From the human T2T-CHM13v2.0 reference genome, Homo sapiens, in assembly GCF_009914755.1 (NCBI RefSeq), contig NC_060930.1: a stretch of DNA of 64,000 nt, one strand, 5' to 3'. The notes below the pieces were generated by a model, which ran no database searches, had not been told where the DNA came from, and saw nothing but the letters and a program-made list of their open reading frames with translations. This document shows, piece after piece, positions 44,153-64,000 of the stretch. A program made the position numbers and the translations under genes. The first letter of the stretch is position 1. Each line of letters opens with the position of its first letter.

Positions 44153-44772
44153 TTACCATCTCATTTTGTATACCATCTTAATTTGTGATTTGTAAAAGGA
44201 AAAATAAAAAATATTAAAAAAAATAATAAAGATCATGCCACTGCACTCCAGCCTGGGCGACAGAGTGAGACCCTGTCTCAAAAAATAATAATAATTTAAA
44301 AGTATATATCTCCTGCTCAAAAAAAAAAAAAAAATTTCACCAGCTAGAGTAGCAATGGGAAACAGCCAGGCTTTTTACTCAATAAAGGGGTCAGGCAGTT
44401 CCTAGGGATCACAACATTAGGGACAACTCACCATCCCACACAGGTCACCCCTGTGATTGCTTTTCTTGTATCTTTACTTTTGGCAGCAGAAATGAGCAAA
44501 GTCCACTGCAGAAAATACAAAGTCTACTTCTTTCACCCTGGGCTGAGGAAAGGAATCAGGGAGGGGATTTCCCAGATGGTTCCTTACCATCTGTTATTGA
44601 AACTTGCAAGGAATAACAGTCATGTTCTCCTAAATAAAGGGCTCCCCACTTGGTCAACTTCAAGTGCAAATGAGAACTCCCATAGGTGCTTTAATAAGCT
44701 CCTTTGTGTAGATATTCTTAAAAATAAGACCACCACAGGTACAATCCAGTATTTGTAACCAACACTACTCAC

Positions 44773-44869
44773 CTTCTTCTACCACCTCCCCGACGAAAAC
44801 CTTGGAAATACCAGACATAGCAATAACAACATTCTGAGACACAGAGGTGCCAGTGATGGACTGGATCAG
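44773..44869 (-). CDS. TAF11: TAF11 exon 4 [32 protein letters not shown] (histone fold)
   Basis: cttctttcaag| acceptor, AAG|gtgagt donor, 97 nt phase 0/1. Confidence 0.95.
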
Positions 44870-45094
44870 CTTGAAAGAAGCACAAAGACTCCGTGATCAC
44901 AATAGTCAAAGACTGGCTTTGGAACACAGTACCAAGTAATTCACAGAAAAAGGTAAGATAACTGAAGTGCATTTTTTTTCCCACCTAAATAATCCCCTGA
45001 CTTGTCTAACACCTCACTTCAAATGCCAATGGACATGGCTCTTGAGTTCAGTTCTAAAACGTGATGGAGATGAAGTGTGGTGGTCCATCCTTAC

Positions 45095-45182
45095 CCTTTT
45101 GATGGCTGCCTTAGGGAAAGCTGAGCGGCGATACATTTCATAACGGTTCAGCTGCTCCTCAGAAAAAGAAGAAACCAGGATT
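45095..45182 (-). CDS. TAF11: TAF11 exon 3 (Q)[29 protein letters not shown] (histone fold)
   Basis: tttgtttag| acceptor, AGG|gtaagg donor, 88 nt phase 2/0. Confidence 0.95.
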
Positions 45183-45559
45183 CTAAACAAAGATCCAGGT
45201 AACTAAGTTAACTTATAAGAACGAATACTCAAGATATTATGAAGTCAATAAAAGTTTCAGACAATTCAAAAACGAATTCTTAAAGGGGTCAATGGCATTA
45301 GGCTTGGTGCCTTGAGGAATGAAGATAAAACACTTCTACTCCAAAGGAATTTGAGAAAACGTAAAACAAAAACTTCTTTTCTTACCTGTTAACAAAAAGA
45401 ACAACACTGGGTCACTGTATCGTACTACACAGACTGTTTGCAGCATTAGACACTATCTCCATAACTCTATCTTATTGAATTTCACACTGATGGTAAAAAT
45501 TTAATATACAAATTTATAATCAAACCAGTAGTTTTCAACATTAACAGATTTAGGGGAAA

Positions 45560-46480
45560 TATCTGCAAAATATGTGGAAACAGTTAATACTCCTAATGTA
45601 TAATTCTTTCAAATGAATAAAGGGGCCATGTCAATTTTTGAAAATGAACAAAGTACATGAACAGGAAATTTACCAAAATACCAATGGTCAATCAACATGG
45701 GGGAAACAACCTTCATTATTAACTAAGGAAATATTATTTTCATAGATAACATTTTTCATAAATCAGACCACTATTAAAAAAAGAATGGTATTAGAATATG
45801 GGACACAAACACATGCTGGCAGAGTGAACTGGAACACCTTTTTGGAGAGAAATTTGGAAATACATATGAAAAGCCTTTGAAAATGTTCATACTATTTGAA
45901 TTAGCAATTACACCTCTAGGAGTTTATCTTAGGAAGTAATGGACAAGTATGCAAAGATATGTCCAAAGATCCTCATCATAATGTCAAAAGTAAAAATACC
46001 CAACCAGAAGCACTATAGGGATTGGTTAAATTATAGTTCAACAACATAATGGGATACAATGTAGCCATTAAAAATTATGATTTATGAGCATATTTACTGA
46101 CATGAAAATATTTAGCTATACATATCAAACATCTAAAAAAACTTTGAAAAGGTACATACCCAAACATTATACCCAACTATATACTTAGAGTGAACTCTGC
46201 GTGGTGAGTTTATGGGTGATTTTTTTCTATTTTTCTGTATTCTCTGAATTATTTGCAATGAGCCCATACTACTTTTACAATCAGAAAATGTAATAAAGCT
46301 ATTTCTATTTTTAAGAAAACTATGACCTAGATGTATAATTAGTGACATGGAAAACATTCACCATATCTAATGTGAAAAATAGGCTACAAAACAGTATTTG
46401 ACATTTGTGGAAAAAAAAATTTATAGATATATATGTATAGAAACTATCTTGAAACTTATAAGCAGGATATATCTCTGTGG
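45560..46480 (+). mobile_element. Ancient L1ME 3' fragment in TAF11 intron 2
   Basis: A-rich; motifs such as AGCAATTACACCTCTAGGAGTTTATCTTAGGAA and GGATACAATGTAGCCATTAAAAA. Confidence 0.55.
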
Positions 46481-46488
46481 TAAGGTAA

Positions 46489-46740
<252 letters not shown>

Positions 46741-46926
46741 TGATCCACCCGCCTCAGCCTCCCAAAGTGCTGGGATTACAGGTGTGAGCCACCGATCTCG
46801 GCCTTCTTTTTATCTATTTATATTTTCTATGCTGTAACATAATTATTTGAAAAAATTGTTTTTGGCCAGGCACAGTGGCTCACACCTGTAATCCCAGCAT
46901 TTTGGGAGGCTGAGGCGGGCGGATCA

Positions 46927-47142
<216 letters not shown>

Positions 47143-47145
47143 TCA

Positions 47146-47530
<385 letters not shown>

Positions 47531-47738
47531 TCAAACTTAGGCCTCAAGAAATCCTCCCACCTTGGCCTTCTAAAGTGTTGGGATTACAGGCGTGAGCCAC
47601 CATGCCCAGCCATAATGTATTAATCGTTTTATTTTCTTTTGAGTTTATAAAAGAAAATTTAAACACCAAGAAAAATTTATTAAATTTGTGTGGTCAAGTG
47701 AGAGCCTCGAAATGGGGAATGATAAGAAAGTGACTTAC

Positions 47739-47887
47739 TGCATCTTCTGAATCTCATCTTCATCTACTTTCTGCTTTTTCTCTTTCTTTTCTTTGGTATC
47801 TATTTTCAGTTTTTTGGCTGCAGGATTAAGTAATGATGAGTCTTCCCTTTCAACTGTTGTTAAATCTGAGACATCCTGACTCTCGAG
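47739..47887 (-). CDS. TAF11: TAF11 exon 2 [49 protein letters not shown]
   Basis: tcttcccag| acceptor, GCA|gtaagt donor, 149 nt phase 0/2. Confidence 0.95.
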
Positions 47888-48541
47888 CTGGGAAGATGAA
47901 AGAAACTCTATTATATATTTGGCCTACTTTCCAGGCTTGGGCAAAGTAAGAAGACATCATCCTTATCACAAAACAACAAATCCATTTATTGAGTAGTTTT
48001 TCAGTTCTAGGCACTGACTGTACCATCAAGGATAAGATACAGTATCTCTCCTAAGGGAAGATTATGGCTCAGCTATGGAAAGAAAACCTGCTAAATAATC
48101 TAGTTTTCCAGTTTGGCTATGAGCACAGCTCCAGTATCTGTTTACAAGGGTAATGAAATGCCACGGATCATGAAAATCACCCTCCCCCTGGGCCCACTCT
48201 TCTGACCTTATTTTTCAGAGGGGATGTCAGCAAAGTCCCCTCCATCCAGCCAGCTCTTCTGCTTCCAGATCTATAGATCTCTTTACTGCTGATGATTCCA
48301 CATGGAAAGAATATTAAAAAGGAGGCCCCTTCTCATCAAAACAGTGTTTATTTCAATTTGGGACTTTCAAGTGAGCTTCTCACACGTAGTGCTCTTTTGT
48401 TCTTATTCTTCAATCCTACTGTTTCATGCAAATGTTTATTTCACATTACTAGTCTTTTTGAAGATAGGTTTGTCTCTTATTATTTATATCTCCCCCCCAT
48501 CAGCATTTAATGCAATTTTACTTATGCTGGATGTTTAATAA

Positions 48542-49402
48542 ATGCCTGTTCAAACCCCACTTAAAAGTAGGCAAAGACACTTCTCAAAACAAGACATACC
48601 TGTGGCCAACAATCATGTGAAAAAAAGGTCAGCTTCACTGATTAGAGAAATGCAAATCAAAACCATAATGAGATACCATCTCATATCAGTCAGAATGGCT
48701 ATTATTCAAAAGTCAAAAAATAACAGATACTGGCAAGGTTGTGGAGGCAAAGGAAAGCTTTTAAACTCTTGGTTGGAGTATAAATCAGTTCACCATTGAG
48801 GAAGGCAGTGTGACAATTCCTCAAAGACCTAAAGACAGAATTACCATTTGACCCAGCAATCCCATTACTGGGTATATACCCAAAGGAATATAAATTGTTC
48901 TATTATAAAGACACATCCACACTTATGTTCATTGCAGTGCTATTCACAATAGCAAAGACATGGAATCAACCTAAATGCCCATCAATGGTAGACTGGATAA
49001 AGAAAATGTATTTTCCAGTATACACCATGAAATACTATACAGCCATAAAAAAGGAGATCATGTCCTTTGCAGGGACATGGATGGAGCTGGAGACCATTAT
49101 CTTTAGCAAACTAATGTAGGAACAGAAAACCAAATACTGCATGTTCTCACTAATAAGTGGGAACTAAATGATGACAGCACACGGACACATAGAGGGGAAC
49201 ACACACTGGGGTATATGGAAGGGTGAAGGGTATATGGAAGGATGAAGGGTGGCAGGAGGGAAAGGATCAGGAAAAATAACTAATGGACACTAGGCTTAAT
49301 ACCTGGGTGATGAAATAATCTATACAACAAACCCCTATGACACACATTTACTTATGTAACAAAACCTGCACATCCTGCACATGTACCCCTGAACTTAAAA
49401 AA
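48542..49402 (+). mobile_element. 5'-truncated L1PA (old primate, ~L1PA13-like) 3' fragment in TAF11 intron 1
   Basis: ORF2 C-terminal peptides (REMQIKTIMRYHL..., AKTWNQPKCPS), L1PA 3' UTR, ~15-bp TSD ctgg(a/c)tgtttaataa at 48527-48541 and 49403-49417. Confidence 0.85.
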
Positions 49403-50713
49403 CTGGCTGTTTAATAATAAAAATCAAATCCAAACTTCACCCCCTCTGACTTAATGTAGAATCTTAAGTATACTACAAAACTCATTAATGAGATTTAACT
49501 TGTCCCTAAAGAGGAATTCAAATTTAAACTCATACAGGAATATGGGAATAGGTGGGATGAAGGTAGTCTATCTTTGACAATCTTTTCAATTTCTTTTTAG
49601 TTACTGATTTATACAAGTTTTCTAACTGTGCTTCAAGTTTGGTGGTTTGTATTTTCCTTTAAAAAATCACCTATTTTTCTCAGATTTTCACATTTATTTG
49701 GCCTAAACTTGAACATTAAATGTCTTTATAACTTTAAAGATCTCCATATTAGTGCCTATAGCCTTTCATATTTTGTAATGTTATACATTTACATTTTAAA
49801 TAATCAGGTTTTAATTTTATCATTTATGTTTTTTAATGTGCTAATTCATTAGTGTCTACTTCTATCCTTATTAACTCCTTGTTCCTACATTCTTCTGATT
49901 TATTTTGTTCTTCATCTTTTTTTTTTTCCCCCAGACTCGCTCTGTTGCCCAGGCTGGATCATAGCTCACTGAAGCCTCAAGTGATCCTCTTGTGTCAGCC
50001 TGCCAGGTAGCTAGATCTGCAGGCGTGACCCACTCCACTAGGCCCTTTTTCTGGTTTCTTGAGTTAGGTGCTTATTTGCAATATCTTCTGGCTGTTAATA
50101 AAAATATGTAAGGCTATATATTTTTCTTAAATAAAGCTTTGGCCAAATCCCATATACTTTGATAAAGTGTTCTATTAATTTCTTTAGTCTAAAGGCTATT
50201 TAAAAAATAGTTTAAAATTTCCAGGGGGTTAGTTCTTTTTTGGTGGGGGAGAAGCTTTTTGTAGTTAATTTCAAGTTTAATGCATTACATTAACAAGATG
50301 TGGCCTGTTATGATTTCTACTTTTAAGAGTTCATATTTTTCTTTGTGGTCTGGTACATGATCGATTTTTAAAAGTGTTTCAGAAACAACATAATTTTATC
50401 CTCTGTTCGGTGCAAATTTAGATATGTAGTGAGCCCTCTGTGTACTAAGCTAATTATTCAAATCCTTGCTGTCCTTGACACCTGTTTTAAAGTTTCCTTC
50501 TTGGCCAGGCATGGTGGCTGCCACCTGTAATCTTAGCACTTTGGGAAGCTGAGGCAGGAGGATTGCTTGAGCCCAACGAGTTGGAGACCAGACTGGGCAA
50601 CATAATAAGACCTTGTCTCTACCAAAACAATATTTAAAAAACCTTTAGCTGGCCGGGTGCGGTGGCTCATGCCTATAATCCCAGCACTTTGGGAGGCCGA
50701 GGCGGATGGATCA

Positions 50714-51189
<476 letters not shown>

Positions 51190-51241
51190 TCAAAACAAAA
51201 AACAAAAAACAAAAAACAAACAAACAAAAAACCTGCCTTAA

Positions 51242-51682
<441 letters not shown>

Positions 51683-52479
51683 TAAATCCCTTCTAGCTGT
51701 AAGACCCCAAGATTCTACTTCTAGAAATGTAATCCTGAGAACGATGAGTTTCTGGTCCTGACCGATACTCAGCTAGGCAACATTGCTGAACTCTCTGTAG
51801 CATAAAAACACCAGACCCAATTGATGGGTCCCTGATCACCGGGTGCGGTGGCTCACGCCTGTAATCCTAGCACTTTGGGAGGCCGAGGCGGGCGGATCAC
51901 GAGGTCAGGAGTTCCAGACCAGCCTGGCCAACATGGTAAAACCCCGTCTCTACTAAAAATACAAAAATTAGCTGGGCATGGTGGTGTGCGCCTGTAATCC
52001 TAGCTACTCGGGAGGCTGAAGCAGGAGAATCGCGTGAACCCAGGAGGCGCAGGTTGCAGTGGGCCAGAGATCGCGCCATTGTTCTCCAGCCCGGGCGACT
52101 CTCAGGTTAAATCGTGTTCGATATAAAAGTCTATATCGATATAGACTTTTCGATATAAAAGTCTATCTCCCTTTGACAGGTCTGATCGACCCTCCTTCCT
52201 ATAAAGACAAAAGTTGTCTTAACATCTAAGAGGAACCATATTGCGGTGAAAGGGGTGCTACGAATCCTGGGTTTTAGCTCTTGCACTACGTCTCAGTGTG
52301 ACATTGGATCCCAATTTCCTCACCACCAAAGCCAACGGGCTATTATAACTCCCTTAGAAGTAGCTTTAATCCCTAAAGACAAGACTAAAAATATTAACAG
52401 TGCTTGAGCCTCTGGAACCGAACCAGCACTGGAGTTTTGTTTGGTCGTCCCCTCTCTTCCCCCTCAAGATTAACGATCT

Positions 52480-52990
52480 GGAGGGAATTCTGGTGAGTTC
52501 GAGTTCTCGTAACTTGTTAGGGACTAACCAGAAGCCCGGCGAGCAGCCAGTAACACAATCTCTGGGTATTCCTTCAGCCTCATCAGTACATCTCTTCCTA
52601 CCTCGCCTTCCTCCGCTGCAGCTTCTTTCAAGTCCACATCTGCGTCTCCGTCAGTTTCCTCTGGGATTCCATCGGTGTCGGTAGCCCCCGGGTCCCCGGG
52701 CACAGCGGCCGTCTCATCCGACTCCCCTGTCTCTCCACCTTTGTCGGAGGGCGACTCGTGGGCATCGTCCATCACGGATAGGATTGGAGGGGAGAGGAGA
52801 TCGCGGAGATGCCTGAGGCAGAAGCTCGGAAACCCGAGCTGCACAGGCCAGGATCTTACTTCCTGTCGTCGCGCAGCGATGACATCACCCCTACCGCTCT
52901 CCTGAGGGGTCATTTTGAGGCGCGCGTAGAGGACTAGAGGACTCATTTTAACTTTGGTTTGGCGACAGTGGGAAGCGGGAAAATTGGACG
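52480..52990 (-). promoter_or_regulatory. TAF11 CpG-island promoter
   Basis: CpG-dense. ETS core ACAGGAAGT (- strand, 52866-52858), CRE/ATF-like TGACATCA 52880-52887, YY1-like CAAAATGAC (- strand, 52917-52909). No obvious TATA box. Confidence 0.8.
52602..52772 (-). CDS. TAF11: TAF11 (TFIID subunit 11) exon 1 coding part [20 protein letters not shown]...EAAAEEGE
   Basis: ATG at 52772 in a strong Kozak context (GTGATGG), GAG|gtagga donor; the five exons total 211 codons. Confidence 0.96.
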
Positions 52991-54217
52991 TAAAGAGCTC
53001 AGACTATGGATCCTCCTCGCTAGGAAACCAGCACTTGTGAAGGAGCGCAGTTTTGTTTACTAAATAACTTTTTCCTTTTCGCCTGTCTAAAAATGCAATG
53101 TCAGTTAATCCCTTCGTTAACCCCTCAGAGTAAAGTTGGGGGACTGGGAGAAAACTCAGTTCCGTTGTATGGCGGTGTCGTGGAATGAGGCTCCCCGGGA
53201 CTGGTAAACTTTCAGGCAAGGACTCAACCTTGTATATTTCAACTGGCCCGAAACCGCGGGCCTGTGTGTACATAGAATTGCTAGCATTTCCCCTCCATTC
53301 CGCAAGCACCTTAACAACAAAAAGTCATATAGCTCGAGCAGAATTTATCCAATTCATTTATTCATCCACAACTATTGACTGCGTACTTCGATTTAGAAAC
53401 AGTGCTAGTACCAGGGAACAAAACACACATAGTTTCTACCCAATTAAATGATTTTTTTCAGTTCGCCAGTACTGAAGATTGAGGTTTGTTTTTACAAGTC
53501 TGACACTTTTCTATCAGTTTGGTTAATCTCATTAAAACTAAGAGGAAAGCCTAAAGAGAGGAAGGTGTCTCCTTTGAACGTTTCACTTTAATGAACTAGT
53601 TCACGTACTGGGAGGATGAAGTGGTGAGGATATTTCTGTTTTAAAATTTTCTTCTCTTCCCTCATTGAGATACGAGGGGGAGGGCGTTTTATTCACCTGG
53701 GTATGACTAGGTCCCCGCACCTATTACATATTTAATTTATGCGTGCTGAAAGAATGGACTTGGAAATGTAGGTGCGCGTTACATTTATCTCTTTGTTTCT
53801 ACGCTGCCTGGACGAATTACCGTATTTCCTGTCCCAGGAGCTCCCAAAACCTTTGGGGAAGGAGCGCACTTCGGGAGGCGCGTACAGGTGGGCCTGTTTG
53901 TCCCTTTCCACCTGCATAATGGGGGCCCACAAGGCGCTGTCCTCATGCCCCGAGAGGCGTGTCTCGGCACAGCAAAGTCCACCTGCGCTGGTCCGCGGAG
54001 CCCCGCCCAGCTAGGTGAGCTAGGGGGCGGGGCGCGGGGGCGCGGTGACGCGTGACGCCGGATCCCGGAAGTGACGCGCTCGTGGGGAAAAGGCAGGGAG
54101 GGGGTGGTGTCCCCAGCCGGTTTGGGGGGTGCGTTGCCCGGAGACGGAAAGTTTGGGAGCCCGAGCAGGCTCGGCTGCAGCCTCGGGGAGGGGGTCCAGC
54201 GGGTGGCGGCCCTGGGG

Positions 54218-54414
54218 ATGGGGAAGGAGCAGGAGCTGCTGGAGGCGGCCCGCACCGGGCACCTCCCGGCGGTGGAGAAGCTGCTGTCCGGGAAGCGGCT
54301 CTCCTCAGGCTTTGGGGGCGGCGGCGGCGGTGGCTCTGGGGGCGGCGGCGGCGGCAGCGGCGGCGGCGGCGGCGGCCTCGGCTCTTCCAGCCACCCCCTC
54401 TCCAGTCTGCTCAG
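54218..54414 (+). CDS. ANKS1A: ANKS1A (Odin; ankyrin repeat and SAM domain protein 1A) exon 1 coding part [33 protein letters not shown]7SG6SG6[12 protein letters not shown](S)
   Basis: ATG in GGGATGG context, CAG|gtgggt donor, 197 nt phase 2; recognisable ANKS1A N-terminus. Intron 1 runs past the window end. Confidence 0.94.
54314..54376 (+). repeat. Interrupted (GGC)n repeat encoding poly-Gly in ANKS1A
   Basis: GGG(GGC)4GGTGGC-TCT-GGG(GGC)5-AGC-(GGC)6. Confidence 0.95.
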
Positions 54415-54850
54415 GTGGGTACGCGCCAGGGCCGGGCCGCTGCCTGCAGACCCTTTCTCCCCCACCCGTCTCTTGGGTCCCCAGAGAGACCGGGGGTCCT
54501 GAGACTCGGGCGGGGTGGGCTTGTGGCGTGCCCGGGGCGAGGCAGGCGGCCCGCGGGCCAGGGTACCGGAGGGCGCGCAGGTCCGAGTCCACGCTGCTCC
54601 GGGCTCGCCTGGTCTCCCGTTCTGACCCGGCTGCGAAGAATGGTGGGAGTGCCCAGGTGGCAGCCTCCGCCGCATGGCACAGCCAGGGTTCACCCTCGCT
54701 CGCTACAGGGTGCCAGCTATCGTAGCTCACAAAAGCCAATTAAGAGCAAATATGTATATCATATATATATATATGAGATCTCCCTCACCTCCTGCAGAAA
54801 CTCCTACGCCTTGTAGAATCTCGAGGCTCCTCTGGAGGAAATTCTATTGA

Positions 54851-61912
<7,062 letters not shown>

Positions 61913-64000
61913 AAAGAAAATTTACTACAAAGTTTAAGATTTAAAGTCAGTGGTCTCCCTTTTTCCTGCATCCTCCAATTGAAGTTCAGTTTTTACTTTC
62001 TTAGTTGCAAAAATTAGAGACAGGAAACAATGAAACAAGCTTGTGATCTGAAGAATTTGACTTGTATCTAGTAGCTTCAGCATGTTCACGGGTCATAGGA
62101 GGTTATGGTCCCAGTGAAAGTTACATTCTTGGCCAGAAAAATCCCTTCAGGAGGTTCTTTTTCCCACATTGGATTGTTCACCCCAAACAGCTGTGAATTC
62201 TGGTTTGCAAAAGGAAGTCCAGGCTATTTCTGCCCTAGTCTTTCATAGGGAAAGTAAATTACTGGGTTTTTAGCCCAGAAACACTAAGGAAACCCCAGAA
62301 GTAGACAGTGGAGAGTTTGTTCTTAGAAAAATCAGGCTCTCCTGTGGGTAGGAACTTGGTCTCTTTTTTGGAGAGCTCTCAGAAAATATTTCCCACACTG
62401 ATTTCCAAAGGATTATTGGGAGATTTTCTGTGGTAGAGAAAATTATATCGTATAATATGTTACATTCATAGAACATCTTCACATAACTTTGGTGTGGTTA
62501 GAGTTAATGGTAGTAATACTGGAAATTATATGGTATGTCTTCATATTTATCCTTTCTCAGTAATTTGTAGAACAAGTTTGTTTAGTTTACAAATCAAAAA
62601 AGAGTTTTTAAAACAAGTCAGTTGTCTCTGCTTTGAAACAAGATAGTTGTATCTGTTTGTGATATTATTACCACTGATCCAGGAAGCAGAACTGCCTCCT
62701 GGCCTACTTAAGTGGTGAGGACATACTATGGTGGCTAAGGATCAGGTTCTGACCCAACTCTGCCTTGTGACTTAGGCAAATTAAGTCACTTTTCTGCGCC
62801 TCTGTGTCTTCATATATATAATGGGCCTGGGATGGTGCCTATCTTCTAAAGCAGCATTAAATGAGCTAAAGGATGTAAGGCATATAATGCCTGGCACATG
62901 GCAAGGGTTTGGTAACCCTCAGCTGCTAGAATCATCTAATGGGAGCCAGGTGCTTGCCACCCTTGATGAATCAGAGTGAGGACCCTGTTAAGGACATATC
63001 TTTTATTGATGTTGCCATTTTAACATTTATAATAATTCACAGCAGAAGCTCCCAACCTTTTAAACTATGAAGAGTCCCATAGTTTTAAAAAGCCTGAAAA
63101 TTGGCAATGGTGGCAAAGTTACAAAGCAATCCAGGTCCACAATCCTTTGTTTGAAACCTTGGGGCCAGATATGTTTTCAGGGTGCTGACTCAATATTGTA
63201 TATTGAGTCCCTAGTGGGACTGTGGCAGCACCCTGGAAACATTGTATTTCTACAGCAAAACCTGTAAATATTGACTAAATGGGATAAATATGAAGCCGCT
63301 TCATATCAGCGTAGGTCAGGTTTTGCAGCTAAATGACTGCTGCTAACTTATGAAAATATATTTTCAGAGCTTTTTGGATTTCTGAATTGTTGATAAGGGA
63401 CTGTAAACCTCTGCCTTTATGGTAGAAAAATTGCAAGACAAAGAAATGCACTAAGAAGAAAATAAAATCAGTTATAATTTTACCACCTACAGAAATTAAC
63501 TTGAAATTTTGGTGTACAATCTTGTTTTTTTCTGTGCAAACTTTTTTTTTTAACAGAAATGACATTATTTTGTATATACTTTGTCTCATGTTTTCACGAA
63601 CTATATTGTGAAAACACTTTCCTATATTTTCTGTCCTCCTCAACCTCATTTTAAATGGATGTGATATCCGTGGTATATATGAATTGTAATTAATTTAACC
63701 CCTTTCCTGACATGGAACATGAGTTTGTTTTTCGTTTTTTGCTATTAGAACAGCTCTGTGATGAACATGCATGTGGATAAGTTTGTGTGTACATTCTGCT
63801 TATAACATTTGATATATTCAATAGAATGGTAGGTGTAGTTTCAACATTCAGCCATTGCAGAAATCAACAGCTGAATATTCAAATTGCACCTCAAAATCAA
63901 CAAGAAACATACATGTTGTTGAATTTGAGGACTCATAGTAATTCTGAGGCCCCTTACATCTCCTGGGTCCTTCTGACTGGGAAGTAATATACTGATTTAT

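Larger units (their letters stand above)
53780..54720 (+). promoter_or_regulatory. ANKS1A CpG-island promoter / exon 1
   Basis: GC boxes at 54001-54008 and 54023-54033, TGACG half-CREs at 54046 and 54053, overlapping ETS-CRE CCGGAAGTGACG at 54065-54076. Confidence 0.85.

Noticed and set aside
49209-49250. Small tandem duplications (19 bp here; also 17651-17670, 50745-50763 and ~56808-56825)
   Set aside because: Ordinary slippage duplications in repeats or introns with no sign of function.
53785-54816. Long ORFs (302 aa on -, 254 and 198 aa on +) over the ANKS1A island
   Set aside because: Stop-poor GC-rich sequence with low-complexity products; they run through the exon 1 donor and have no recognisable domain.

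Overview
Alu-rich human (or very close primate) genomic DNA that I recognise from the encoded proteins as the 6p21.31 BLTP3A (UHRF1BP1) - TAF11 - ANKS1A locus. The + strand carries the last 15 coding exons of BLTP3A (96..37244; splice phases are consistent and give 1217 codons) and a ~5 kb 3' UTR. The - strand carries all 5 coding exons of TAF11 (52772..43396; 211 aa), whose 3' end converges on that of BLTP3A near 42.1-42.6 kb. ANKS1A exon 1 (ATG 54218, GGC/poly-Gly tract) lies head-to-head with TAF11 in a second CpG island. The rest is mostly Alus, a full-length decayed antisense L1M (8255-18369), an LTR18-type solo LTR nested in MER33, other L1/MIR/MER relics and a Y3 RNA retrocopy in the BLTP3A 3' UTR. 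Most ORFs in the supplied track are repeat-derived or off-frame artefacts. I found no evidence of a wholly new multi-gene system. The most interesting signals are: a synuclein/perilipin-like 11-mer repeat and a LIR motif in BLTP3A; a haplotype carrying Arg454 and His984; a splice junction that regenerates a strong 5' splice site ahead of the 1448-nt exon; and several clean repair or retrotransposition fossils (an orphan poly(A) retro-fragment with TSD inside an Alu, templated insertions, a perfect 26-bp palindrome, an inverted-Alu fusion). Repeat subfamily names, residue numbering and rsIDs are from memory and need database confirmation.
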